From: Pseudomonadota bacterium
GTDB taxonomy: Bacteria; UBA10199; 2-02-FULL-44-16; DYJF01
Assembly (NCBI GenBank): GCA_043823065.1
Contig: JBDRBB010000010.1
Coordinates: 219,725-283,724, forward strand
Direction: 5' to 3'
Length of the DNA: 64,000 bases
In this document: piece by piece, positions 27,206 to 36,388 of the stretch
Numbering within the stretch: the first letter of the stretch is position 1
How the letters are laid out: every line of letters begins with the position of its first letter
The notes under the pieces: model-generated
Databases searched by the model: none
The model's input: the letters and a program-made list of their open reading frames with translations, nothing else
What the model was told of the DNA's origin: nothing
Program-made: the position numbers and the translations under genes

Positions 27206-27700
27206 TTAGGCCTCAGACATTTCTCTTTCCCGATGCTGAATAACCTCAAATGCCAGATCAGCAGATGTTAGCTTGCTAAGAGCAGTTACCACCTCGGTAT
27301 CACTAAAGATGGCGGAAATTCTGGATAAAAGCTTGAGGTGTTTGCCAAAAGATTGCTCCTCAGTGGGCGAAAAAAATAAACAAAAAACACTGGCAGTTAA
27401 AGGTAGAGCTGCAGGTCCTTCATCGCGAACAGGTTTGTTGGCAATACCAATAATCAGCTTAATATCTTTAATTTGAGGAATGCGAGCATGAGGTATAGCT
27501 ACGCCCATGGGTAAAAAAGTGGTGCTTGAAGACTCACGTTCCATGATAGATTGGAAAAGTTTTGATTTATCTGACAGACCATTGCTATTGGCAAGTTGCT
27601 CAACCAGTTCTTTATATATTTTTTCTTTGGTATCTCCCTTTAGCGGGATGATTATGTCTTTGGGTGATATATAATGTGTTAATTGCATAAAGTGACGCAT
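27206..27700 (-). CDS. PTS EIIA (Ntr/Fru-type) domain protein
   Basis: ERE..STT..GVAIPHAR and HLKLLSRI motifs. Confidence 0.88.
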   Translation of the reverse strand: MRHFMQLTHYISPKDIIIPLKGDTKEKIYKELVEQLANSNGLSDKSKLFQSIMERESSSTTFLPMGVAIPHARIPQIKDIKLIIGIANKPVRDEGPAALPLTASVFCLFFSPTEEQSFGKHLKLLSRISAIFSDTEVVTALSKLTSADLAFEVIQHREREMSEA

Positions 27701-27816
27701 TTTCTAACACCACTGACTATTGATGTCAAATTTAGTGTGGTTAATTAAAATGTTGGCATTTTTATTAAAATCGATTAAATAGCACCAATATTAGTAACCT
27801 AAAAAAGGGGGAAAAA

Positions 27817-28275
27817 ATGAAAAGTAGAATTTTGTTGGTTTTGGCTAGTTTTATTTTCGTGCTCGTGGCTTCCAGTGTTCAGGCAGGAGTGTGTGATTAC
27901 CATCAATGGCCACCTCTAAAACGTTGTAAAGAAAAACCTCAGAAATTGGTTTTGGCAGGTATCAATTTTGACACAGGTAGTGCCACCATTAAGAAAGATT
28001 CCTATCCAATCTTGGATAGTAATGTTGATATGCTAAAGAAACATTCTGGAAAAGGTATTTTGGTGGTTGGTTATACTGATAATGTGGGAAATCCAGCTTC
28101 TAACCAAAAACTTTCAGAAAAAAGAGCTGAAAGTGTGAAAAACTATTTTATTTCTAAAGGTGTTGATGCTTCACGTATCAGCGCCGTGGGCAAAGGCGAA
28201 GCCGATCCTATTGCCAGTAATACTACTGCAACTGGCCGCGCTGAAAACAGAAGAATTGAAGTTGAGTTTAAGTAA
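27817..28275 (+). CDS. OmpA-like peptidoglycan-binding protein
   Basis: Signal peptide; INFDTGS, GYTDNVG, NQKLSEKRA and NRRIE motifs. Confidence 0.92.
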   Translation: MKSRILLVLASFIFVLVASSVQAGVCDYHQWPPLKRCKEKPQKLVLAGINFDTGSATIKKDSYPILDSNVDMLKKHSGKGILVVGYTDNVGNPASNQKLSEKRAESVKNYFISKGVDASRISAVGKGEADPIASNTTATGRAENRRIEVEFK

Positions 28276-28305
28276 TGTCATTGCGAGGCGTAGCCGAAGC
28301 AATCC
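28276..28305. repeat. Single family B REP
   Basis: TGTCATTGCGAGGCGTAGCCGAAGCAATCC. Confidence 0.8.
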
Positions 28306-28318
28306 CGATTGTAAAATT

Positions 28319-28345
28319 AAAGGGCCGGTTTTTCCGGCCCTTTTT
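28319..28345. terminator. Bidirectional intrinsic terminator
   Basis: AAAGGGCCGG / CCGGCCCTTTTT. Confidence 0.8.
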
Positions 28346-28349
28346 ATTT

Positions 28350-29630
28350 TTAAAAACAGCTATCATCTAATGTGATTGGTTCAGGTATTGAATTAGCTAT
28401 AGCTATTGCTAGCAAGCGACCGCATCTGTTTTGAAGTTCATCTTCATGGGTGAGAGCCTCATCATAGATAGAAAAAAAATCAATTAGTCCTGAGATATGC
28501 CCATTATATATAGCGCTTTCTCGGTTTGCTCCGATTACTAATTCATTAGTTGATTCATTGGCTGAAATACCAGATTCTGAAAACTGTACATGAGAGAAAT
28601 TTTCAACAATTGTTGGAAAAGTTCTTCCAGGGAGGCCATTATTAATCCAGCCTAGTTCTGTGCCCAAGCGATTGATAGTTAAATAAAATCCTAGGCTATC
28701 ATTCATGGTATCAAAGACTCCGCCTCCTGAACTTGCCACAAAAGGCATAAAACCTAACTCAAAACTTAAAGTATTCACAGTAGGATTAAATCTGCTGGCA
28801 TCTTCCACCACAATGCGGCTGCCTCCTGCAAAGCAAGCTGCTTGATTTAAAAGATTTGTCATAATTACTCCATTGCAATCTGCGCCAGATGTTACAAAAG
28901 AAGGTAGTGAGTCAATAGATCCATGATATCCATTTCCGCTTGAATCATTCGTATTTCCATTGAAATTATAAATTGCTAAAGCATGAGTATTAACCAACCA
29001 AGTATCAGTGTGTATTGTACAATCATCACCTAAGCAAGCCCTGATATTAAAATCAAAGGAAGCACCGTTCCAGCCTGGGTCACCAACAAGCCTTTCTGCT
29101 TCATATTGCGAGCTGTCTAGTACTGCACATAATCTGGCTATTCTTGTAGAATCTTGACATTGAAAAGCTGGCAGTTCATGTCTTAGTTCCGGAATTTCTG
29201 TATTTGCTTGGGTTGAATAAAAAATCGTGTAGTTTGCACCGGCTGCTTCTGCAGGAACCCTTAAATTATCAGCAACTACAAATAGCCTGGAAATAGAATG
29301 GTCAGCACTATCAGTTGGGTGTCTTAAATCAGCTAAAAAACGTTCAACTTCATCCACATCAGCATCACTGTCTCTATCACTATCGGCATCACCATCCATA
29401 TCTGCATCTACATCATCTACATCAGCATCACCACCATCACCACCATCAATTGGCCCAACATCATCAGCATCAGAAGGTTGATCGGCATCACCAGGACCAG
29501 CATCATCTGCATCTGTAACCTGATCAGCGTCAGAGTTTGATTGGCCAAGTCCAGTTGCCACAAAATCGCAACCAGCAGCAGAAGCTAATAGGGAAACAAT
29601 TGTAGCTATTATGTTTAAATTAGAATTCAT
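28350..29630 (-). CDS. Lipoprotein with Asp-rich linker and LamG/concanavalin-like domain
   Basis: Lipobox AAGC; DADxD repeats; YNFNGNTNDSSGNG and GLIDFFSIYDEALT. Confidence 0.75.
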   Translation of the reverse strand: MNSNLNIIATIVSLLASAAGCDFVATGLGQSNSDADQVTDADDAGPGDADQPSDADDVGPIDGGDGGDADVDDVDADMDGDADSDRDSDADVDEVERFLADLRHPTDSADHSISRLFVVADNLRVPAEAAGANYTIFYSTQANTEIPELRHELPAFQCQDSTRIARLCAVLDSSQYEAERLVGDPGWNGASFDFNIRACLGDDCTIHTDTWLVNTHALAIYNFNGNTNDSSGNGYHGSIDSLPSFVTSGADCNGVIMTNLLNQAACFAGGSRIVVEDASRFNPTVNTLSFELGFMPFVASSGGGVFDTMNDSLGFYLTINRLGTELGWINNGLPGRTFPTIVENFSHVQFSESGISANESTNELVIGANRESAIYNGHISGLIDFFSIYDEALTHEDELQNRCGRLLAIAIANSIPEPITLDDSCF

Positions 29631-30799
29631 TATTGGTCTCCCCTTTCACGTTGATAGGCTTCAGACCAGACAAGGCTTAGCCCCAAACCACCAGTTAACA
29701 TATGTATTGCTCCGCCCCCTACACTGTTATTAATAGCTTGCATTCTGGTATAGCGAGCAGAAAGTTCCAAGTTAAGGCTAAATCTTGAACTAATTTGAAG
29801 CAGCCAACCTAGTCCTAATTGAGCCATGAATGAACCAACCAATCTACTAGGTGTTGGACTGCTTTCGTCAATCTCATTTACAGGTTCCTGAACACCAAGA
29901 GCACCACCTGTTTCAAAAAGTAAATAAAGGTCATCTTGATAGATTGGTAACATTAGTCCAGAACGGATTAAGCCTTCGTACCTGATAAAAGAACGGCCAT
30001 CATCAAGACCAAGATAATTTGCCGACATGCCTGCGGCAAAATAAACTGGGTGCCACAGCCGTCCACTTCTTAAAGTAGTGGGCTCATTATCAAGGTAAAA
30101 ACGCACTGCAAATTCACCTCCAGTATGCCAGGTTACTAGACTTGGGCCCCAAAGTGAGCCCAGATTGTAGCCCCCAAGTCCTGTAAATGTGGCCTGTATT
30201 CCATAGGGGTAATTAGCAGGTGCCTGCTCTGGGGTTGTGGTAGGAGTTTCATTAGCTTCAGCAGGTTGGTCTGGCCAATTCATTTCTGGCAAAGTAGCTT
30301 CTTCAGAATTAGCGCAAATCTGGCTAATTCTAATTATTCCTGCTCTTAACGCTTCAGGGATATAACTATCACTACATTGAGCAAAATTAGGTGCAATAGT
30401 TCTAGTGTCAAAATCTTCTTGATTGGCTAAGGTGAGATTACCCCTGCACTGTGCTTCTAGAAAAAATGCGTAATTTCTGTCTGCCTCACAAGCATTTCCC
30501 AGCTCTTGATAAGAGCGAGCCAGATATTGAAAATAGATCGGTGTTGGATAATGTTCATTGGCAAATTCAAGTAATCTAATAGTTAATGTATAATTTCTTT
30601 CTTCAAATAAGCTTCTTCCTATCTGGCCAAGCCTTAAAACAATTTCTTGATCAGTAGCACAGCTTTCCTGAAGTAATAAAAGCAGGCCATCAAAATTCTC
30701 GGCTCTTACTAAAGTTACAAGTTGAGGTGTGATGTTTTGGCAAACTTGGGTGCTTCTTTCCGCACTGCTTGGAATTCTAATTTCACCACTGCTTATCAT
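29630..30799 (-). CDS. Hypothetical protein (TPR-like N-terminus, beta-strand-rich C-terminus)
   Basis: YLARSYQELG TPR-like segment; alternating hydrophobic strands in the C-terminal half. Confidence 0.6.
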   Translation of the reverse strand: MISSGEIRIPSSAERSTQVCQNITPQLVTLVRAENFDGLLLLLQESCATDQEIVLRLGQIGRSLFEERNYTLTIRLLEFANEHYPTPIYFQYLARSYQELGNACEADRNYAFFLEAQCRGNLTLANQEDFDTRTIAPNFAQCSDSYIPEALRAGIIRISQICANSEEATLPEMNWPDQPAEANETPTTTPEQAPANYPYGIQATFTGLGGYNLGSLWGPSLVTWHTGGEFAVRFYLDNEPTTLRSGRLWHPVYFAAGMSANYLGLDDGRSFIRYEGLIRSGLMLPIYQDDLYLLFETGGALGVQEPVNEIDESSPTPSRLVGSFMAQLGLGWLLQISSRFSLNLELSARYTRMQAINNSVGGGAIHMLTGGLGLSLVWSEAYQRERGDQ

Positions 30800-30820
30800 A
30801 ATTTTATTTCCTCCAAAAAC

Positions 30821-30845
30821 AAAAAGGGGGAGCTTAAAGCCCCCC
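30821..30845 (-). terminator. Intrinsic terminator
   Basis: G/C stem followed by a T tract on the minus strand. Confidence 0.5.
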
Positions 30846-30885
30846 AGACCTTAATTAAAATAATTGTCTAAATAATACTAAAAAA

Positions 30886-32559
30886 CTATCTTAAAATATT
30901 GCTATAAACATTGTTGTTTTGAATCCAAACAACAATGGCATTGCCATTAGTATCCATGGCTACTTGAGGTGAAGCTGAAAGACCATCCCCTGCATTATCA
31001 ATGGTACTTGCTGCACTCCAAGAATTATTATTAACATTAAATCTTCCCTGCCAAATACGGGAATCCATAACCCAAACTGCAATGGCATTGCCAGCAGCAT
31101 CAATGGCTATTTGAGGGTTTTGGGCAGGAGGAACAGAACCATCATCAATATTGGTGGCAGCTACAGCAGGATTGAAAACTTGAGCTCGTACTCTTAAGCC
31201 TTGTTCAAAAACTACAATTGCTTGGCCATTATTGTTCATTGCAACTTGAGGCAGATCATTGGTGCCAGAGTCGCTAATTTGAGTAAAACCAGTCCAGACG
31301 CCATTAATATATGAATTATAGTAGAGATCGCCGTCTTGGACCCAAACCACAAAAGCATAGCCATCATCATTAACCGCAATTTGAGGGGAGCTAGCAGCAG
31401 CGAGTAAAGCTGGATTGCTAATGATATTGTTTAGTGCGTGGGCTGTTGTCCAAGTTCCGATATTATTGGAAAGGATGTTTTGATAAACATGTCCATCTTC
31501 CACCCAAACTACAATTGAATTTCCAGCAGAATCCATACCCACTTGCGGACTGCTAGAATCTAAAACCACGCCAACATCTATTGCTGTCGCATTTCCTGCA
31601 GTCCAGCCAGAACCACTAGCATCATAAAAATTAGCCCAAATACGTCCACCTCGTACCCAAACTCCAATGCCATCATTGCCAGAGCTAGCAATTTGAGGTG
31701 TAGTTGTGTTACCAGCAGTAGCTTCAATATTGGTTGCTGGATTTCCTTCCCAGACTCCTTCTAAAACTTCAGCAAAAATATTGTCCAAACCGCGTCGCCA
31801 AACAGCTAAAACATTACCTGTGTTGCTTGCTACTATTTGAGGAACTGTGTGGTTAGCAGCAAAAAAATCCAACCAATCAGCAGCATGGTTTACAGAATCA
31901 TCTACTACATTAAATTGGCTGGCAAAGACGTGATCGTTGCCAAGAGTGTTTTCAGTCCAAATTAAACTGGCATTTGCACTATTATCAATAGCTACTTGCG
32001 GACTTTGGGCATTACCAGAATCATGATCTCTTTCAGCTGAACCTACCCAAGAACCTGTTCTAGTAGTAAAGCTCCAAGTATAATCTGCACCTAAGGCATT
32101 GCCTGCATCATCGGTGATTGCGCTGGAAACTCTTGCTGTATATTGTCTATTTAAGGCCAGTCTAGAAGTTGGGGCAAAATTTGCGGTATTAGCAGCATAG
32201 GTAACTGTTCCAGCTAGTAAGGTTCCGTTACGATCAGCAACCGTAAATGTTGTGGCGTTGATGCCATTTACATTTTCACTAAAAGTTATGGTTAGATTGG
32301 TTACAGCTTGATCATTGGAAATATCAGTTGCGTCATTAACCGGATTTGTAGCGGTTACAGTTGGTGCAATGGTGTCTCCGCTCCCCCCGCCAGCATCACC
32401 CTCGCCAGCATCACCGCCACCAGCATCACCCCCGCCAGTAACACTACCTGTGCCATCATCTGTGGTTTGGCTGCCGCTGCCGCAACCATAAAAAAAACTA
32501 CAAGAGAGAGTTAAAGCTAGAAATAATACTAGTATAATTGAAAAAAATCTATTTTTCAT
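30886..32559 (-). CDS. Secreted or lipoprotein with Ig-like (Big_5) domain and beta-propeller-like repeats
   Basis: DTIAPTV..TFSE..YTWSFTT Ig-like signature; repeated PQ(V/I)A.D..GN.I.VW units; GGDAG linker. Confidence 0.8.
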   Translation of the reverse strand: MKNRFFSIILVLFLALTLSCSFFYGCGSGSQTTDDGTGSVTGGGDAGGGDAGEGDAGGGSGDTIAPTVTATNPVNDATDISNDQAVTNLTITFSENVNGINATTFTVADRNGTLLAGTVTYAANTANFAPTSRLALNRQYTARVSSAITDDAGNALGADYTWSFTTRTGSWVGSAERDHDSGNAQSPQVAIDNSANASLIWTENTLGNDHVFASQFNVVDDSVNHAADWLDFFAANHTVPQIVASNTGNVLAVWRRGLDNIFAEVLEGVWEGNPATNIEATAGNTTTPQIASSGNDGIGVWVRGGRIWANFYDASGSGWTAGNATAIDVGVVLDSSSPQVGMDSAGNSIVVWVEDGHVYQNILSNNIGTWTTAHALNNIISNPALLAAASSPQIAVNDDGYAFVVWVQDGDLYYNSYINGVWTGFTQISDSGTNDLPQVAMNNNGQAIVVFEQGLRVRAQVFNPAVAATNIDDGSVPPAQNPQIAIDAAGNAIAVWVMDSRIWQGRFNVNNNSWSAASTIDNAGDGLSASPQVAMDTNGNAIVVWIQNNNVYSNILR

Positions 32560-32596
32560 ATTTTTCCCCCTTGTTTTTTGTTATTACTTATAAAAT

Positions 32597-32623
32597 TTAT
32601 CGCTATTTACTTAAAAAAGTTGC
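32597..32623 (-). promoter_or_regulatory. GCAAC-N16-CGATAA putative alternative-sigma promoter
   Basis: 37 nt upstream of ATG 32559, the same distance as the copy at 298. Confidence 0.5.
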
Positions 32624-32654
32624 GTATTTTTTTTAGATTCGGCATTGTTTTTTC

Positions 32655-33209
32655 ATGCTTGCAGCTCATCTAGCCCCAGCCTTGGTTGCCAAATCTTTAC
32701 GCCCCAGTCTTAATTTGCCGTTGGCCATGGTTTTATGTTTATTGCCAGATATTGTTCACTCTTTGCTCATCTTGCTAAAAATCGAAAAATTACACCATGA
32801 TAGCCGCTTTTCGCATACCTTGATATTAGTGTTTGGGTTGGCTGTTGTCACATTTCTTGGCTCTATTTTCTTTCACGCAAATTTTACTAATAGTTGTATC
32901 TATGGTTTTTGCGTTATCTCCCATTTTTTATTTGATCTGGTAAATCGCTCCCAGATGAAGTTAACTCCTTGGGGTGGCCAAATGCCAGGAGTGGGTTTGC
33001 ACCAAAAAGGAGCTACCAGGTTTCATAATTTAGCCTTTTTTATAGAGATTTTTTTGGTAATTAGCTCTGGAATTATTTATGCAATTTCTAGGCTCTTACC
33101 AATTACAATTTTGTTTTTACTGCTTTTAAGTGAACTTGGCTACTATTATATTTACGCCCCAGTAATTGAAAATTCCTTGGCCAATTGGTGGCAAATTAAA
33201 AAGAATTAG
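32655..33209 (+). CDS. Membrane-bound metal-dependent hydrolase-like protein
   Basis: N-terminal His, LPD, FSHT and SHFLFD motifs of the YdjM-like family. Confidence 0.65.
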   Translation: MLAAHLAPALVAKSLRPSLNLPLAMVLCLLPDIVHSLLILLKIEKLHHDSRFSHTLILVFGLAVVTFLGSIFFHANFTNSCIYGFCVISHFLFDLVNRSQMKLTPWGGQMPGVGLHQKGATRFHNLAFFIEIFLVISSGIIYAISRLLPITILFLLLLSELGYYYIYAPVIENSLANWWQIKKN

Positions 33210-34662
33210 CAATCATCGCTAAAAGATCTGTAGGGAAAATGCCAAAATAGATTACACCCAAACCTACCAGAGTTAAGATTATTAGCATTGTCATAGGCAA
33301 AGGAGCCAAATCTTGGGTTTCTTTTTCAGAAATAAAATACATGACCACAATTGGCCGCAAATAATAATAAGCTGAAATAGCAGTATTGATTAAGGCTGCC
33401 ACCACTAACCAGACTAATCCAGATTTCATGGCTGTTAAAAATAAATAATATTTACCAAAAAAGCCGATTGTGGGCGGAACTCCTAGCAAGGAAAGCAAAA
33501 ATAAAGAAAAACTAAGGGCCAAGATTGGTCGTTTCTTACCCAAACCTGCTAGATATTTTATGTCTAACTGATCTTTTTCACCCAAGTCCATTAAAGTAAT
33601 TATGGTAAAAGCCCCAGCAGTCATTAGAACATAGGCGATAAAATAAAATGTTATAGCCTGAGCTGCTTCGCCAGGATTTCGGGCTAGGGTAGAAAAACCA
33701 ACCAATAAATAACCAGCATGTGCTATTGAAGAATAAGCCAGCATGCGTTTCAAATTATTTTGAGAAATAGCAGCAATATTGCCAATCAGCATAGTGACTA
33801 CACTTAAAACTGAAATGACTTGTAGCCAGATTACTCCTGCAGCTTGAAAAATAAATATAGAAATTTTCAAGAATGCGGCAAAAGAGGCAATTTTTACAGC
33901 TGTGGCCAGCAACGTGGTGATTGGTGTTGGCGCTCCTTCATAAACATCTGGCGCCCAAAAATGAAAAGGCACGCTAGCCAGCTTAAAGCCAAAACCAATT
34001 AACAGCAAAGCCATGCCAAACAAACAAAAATATTGATCCGGACTATTGATGATTGCCGGCAAGCGCTCTGAAAGTAGTTGCAGATTAGTGCTGCCACCAC
34101 TGCCAAACAAGAAAGCAATGCCCATTAACAAAAAAGCAGAAGCAAAAATACCCATGAGGAAATATTTGAGAGTTGCTTCTGCAGTCAGAGCTTGGTGACG
34201 CAAGAAGCCAATAAGTGCATATAAAGAAATGGCCATGACCTCCAACCCCAAAAAAAACATTAACAAATCATTGCCGGCAATTAAACAACCCATGCCAAAT
34301 ACAGCAAAGAGGAGAAGTGCATAATATTCTGGCTTGAAATATTTTTTGGCTTTTAAATATGAAATTGAGAGTAGAACAGAAATAACGCTGGCAAAAATTA
34401 TGACTAACCAAACTAGAAAAGTATAACGATCGAAAATAAAAAAAGTAATATCCGTATTAAAATTTAAGAGCCAATTTTGCCAACTTAAGAAAAACGCTAG
34501 CATCAAAGCTGTTATGGAAATAGCTGGGCAAAGAATTGGATTTTGGTTTTTATAAAAAGCAGCCAGCAAGATAATTAAAATAGCTGCCCCAAAAATGACC
34601 AACAATGGTAAACCAAATTGAACTAGCCCAAAAAGATCTGATTGTTGAAAAGAAGATGACAT
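33196..34662 (-). CDS. nuoN: NADH-quinone oxidoreductase subunit N
   Basis: EATLKYF, FKLASVPFHFWAPDVYEGAP and KRMLAYSSIAHAG motifs. Confidence 0.95.
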   Translation of the reverse strand: MSSSFQQSDLFGLVQFGLPLLVIFGAAILIILLAAFYKNQNPILCPAISITALMLAFFLSWQNWLLNFNTDITFFIFDRYTFLVWLVIIFASVISVLLSISYLKAKKYFKPEYYALLLFAVFGMGCLIAGNDLLMFFLGLEVMAISLYALIGFLRHQALTAEATLKYFLMGIFASAFLLMGIAFLFGSGGSTNLQLLSERLPAIINSPDQYFCLFGMALLLIGFGFKLASVPFHFWAPDVYEGAPTPITTLLATAVKIASFAAFLKISIFIFQAAGVIWLQVISVLSVVTMLIGNIAAISQNNLKRMLAYSSIAHAGYLLVGFSTLARNPGEAAQAITFYFIAYVLMTAGAFTIITLMDLGEKDQLDIKYLAGLGKKRPILALSFSLFLLSLLGVPPTIGFFGKYYLFLTAMKSGLVWLVVAALINTAISAYYYLRPIVVMYFISEKETQDLAPLPMTMLIILTLVGLGVIYFGIFPTDLLAMIANSF

Positions 34663-34677
34663 ATAATTATTTTTATT

Positions 34678-34729
34678 GTTCGAGTATAGTCGAGAACCAA
34701 TTGAGTTCACTTCTCGACTGCGCTCGAAG
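34678..34729. repeat. REP-like inverted doublet (TTCGAG...GTCGAGAA / TTCTCGAC...CTCGAA)
   Basis: 34678-34697 pairs imperfectly with 34710-34729 between nuoM and nuoN. Confidence 0.65.
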
Positions 34730-34730
34730 A

Positions 34731-36233
34731 TTATTTTGCTGTGTTCTCATTGCCACTTGTTGCTCTGGTGGCAAAGCTAATAAAGTTATTGGTCGACTTT
34801 TCAATCTTCATCAACCAAGGTTTGGGCCATACGCCAATGCCAATAATCAAGATGATGATTGGCACTAGCACCCAATATTCCCGCATAGTTAAATCTGGCA
34901 ACTTAAAGAAATTTTCATCTTTGAGTTTTCCTAAAAATACTCTTTGCACCAACCATAACATATAGATTGCTACCAGCACCACACCTGCCAGCGCAGTTAA
35001 GGCAAAAACTGGTTGGGTTTGAAAACTGCCGAGCAAAATCAAAAATTCTCCTACAAAATTGTTAAGCCCAGGCAGTCCTAGCGAGGATAAGGAAACAACA
35101 ATAAAAAACACGCTAAGCATTGGCAAGGCGCGGGCAATTCCGCCAAAATCAGCAATTAATCTAGAGCCGCGCCTTTCATAAAGCATGCCCACCAGCAAGA
35201 ACAATGCTCCAGTGGAAAGGCCATGATTAAACATTTGCAAGATAGCGCCTTTCACTGCTTCTGGCTCAAGGGCAAATAAACCTAAAACTACAAAGCCCAA
35301 ATGTGAAACTGAAGAATAGGCAATCAAGCGTTTCAGATCTGGTTGTACCATAGCTACTAAGGCGCCATAGATAATGCTAATCACAGCCAAGGTTAACATT
35401 AAAGGTGCAAAGGTGGCAGTGGCCAAAGGAAAAATAGGAATTCCCAGACGGTAGAAACCATAAACACCCATTTTCAAAAGTATGCCAGCCAAAATTACGC
35501 TACCTGCTGTTGGGGCATCGGTGTGCGCATCTGGCAGCCAGGTGTGCAAGGGAAAGATTGGAATCTTAATGCCAAAAGCTAAGCCAAAACCAATAAATAG
35601 CAGAAGTTGCTGACTGGCTGGGAAGGGGTGTGCATACCAACTAATGATATCAAAAGAGCCGCCAGTTAAACTTGCGCCATAAAGAATAGCAGCCAGCATA
35701 ATTACACTGCCGAGCATGGTGTAAATAAAAAATTTCAGAGCAGAACGCACTGGTTTTCCATTTCCCCAAATGCCAATCAAAAAATACATGGGGATTAGAA
35801 CCACTTCCCAAAAGATATAGAATAAGAATAAATCAAGCGCGGAAAAAACGCCTAACAAACCACATTCCAGGGCTAGAATTAAAATATAAAATGCTTTAAC
35901 CTGTTTTTGAATTTCATTCCACGAGCTCAAGATAGCAATTGGCACTAACAGGGCGGTGAGCAAAACCATTAGCAAAGACACGCCGTCCAAGCCTATTCGA
36001 TAGTAGATATTTAAACTAGGAATCCATTTGATAATTTCCGCAAATTCAAATTCACCAGTATTGGCAAAATCAAACCAGAGTTTGGCTGCCAACATTGCCA
36101 CCACCAAGCTAGTGGTTAAGGCAATAATGCGGATTACCTCTTTTAGGCACGAAGGAATAAACGCTAGTAGAATAATCCCTAATAGGGGAAGAAATATAGT
36201 TATGGTTAGTATGTGTGTTCCAAAATAATGCAT
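34731..36233 (-). CDS. nuoM: NADH-quinone oxidoreductase subunit M
   Basis: FWEVVLIPMY, HTWLPDAHTDAPT and KRLIAYSSVSH motifs. Confidence 0.96.
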   Translation of the reverse strand: MHYFGTHILTITIFLPLLGIILLAFIPSCLKEVIRIIALTTSLVVAMLAAKLWFDFANTGEFEFAEIIKWIPSLNIYYRIGLDGVSLLMVLLTALLVPIAILSSWNEIQKQVKAFYILILALECGLLGVFSALDLFLFYIFWEVVLIPMYFLIGIWGNGKPVRSALKFFIYTMLGSVIMLAAILYGASLTGGSFDIISWYAHPFPASQQLLLFIGFGLAFGIKIPIFPLHTWLPDAHTDAPTAGSVILAGILLKMGVYGFYRLGIPIFPLATATFAPLMLTLAVISIIYGALVAMVQPDLKRLIAYSSVSHLGFVVLGLFALEPEAVKGAILQMFNHGLSTGALFLLVGMLYERRGSRLIADFGGIARALPMLSVFFIVVSLSSLGLPGLNNFVGEFLILLGSFQTQPVFALTALAGVVLVAIYMLWLVQRVFLGKLKDENFFKLPDLTMREYWVLVPIIILIIGIGVWPKPWLMKIEKSTNNFISFATRATSGNENTAK

Positions 36234-36238
36234 GGTTT

Positions 36239-36374
36239 AATATCTAAATTCTAATATCTAATTTCTAAACAAATTCAAATTATCAAATTTCAAATGCTCA
36301 AAACACTCTGTTTTGAATTTTGGTCATTTGAATTTAGATATTGTTTCGGATTTAGATATTAGGATTTAGGATTT
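36239..36374. repeat. AT-rich heptamer-periodic palindromic element, copy 3
   Basis: Same architecture as 11220 and 25055. Confidence 0.8.
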
Positions 36375-36388
36375 TTTTCTCCTTTTAT

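Noticed and set aside
29315..29518. His-rich 67-aa ORF
   Set aside because: Antisense shadow of the Asp-rich (GAT GCT) tract
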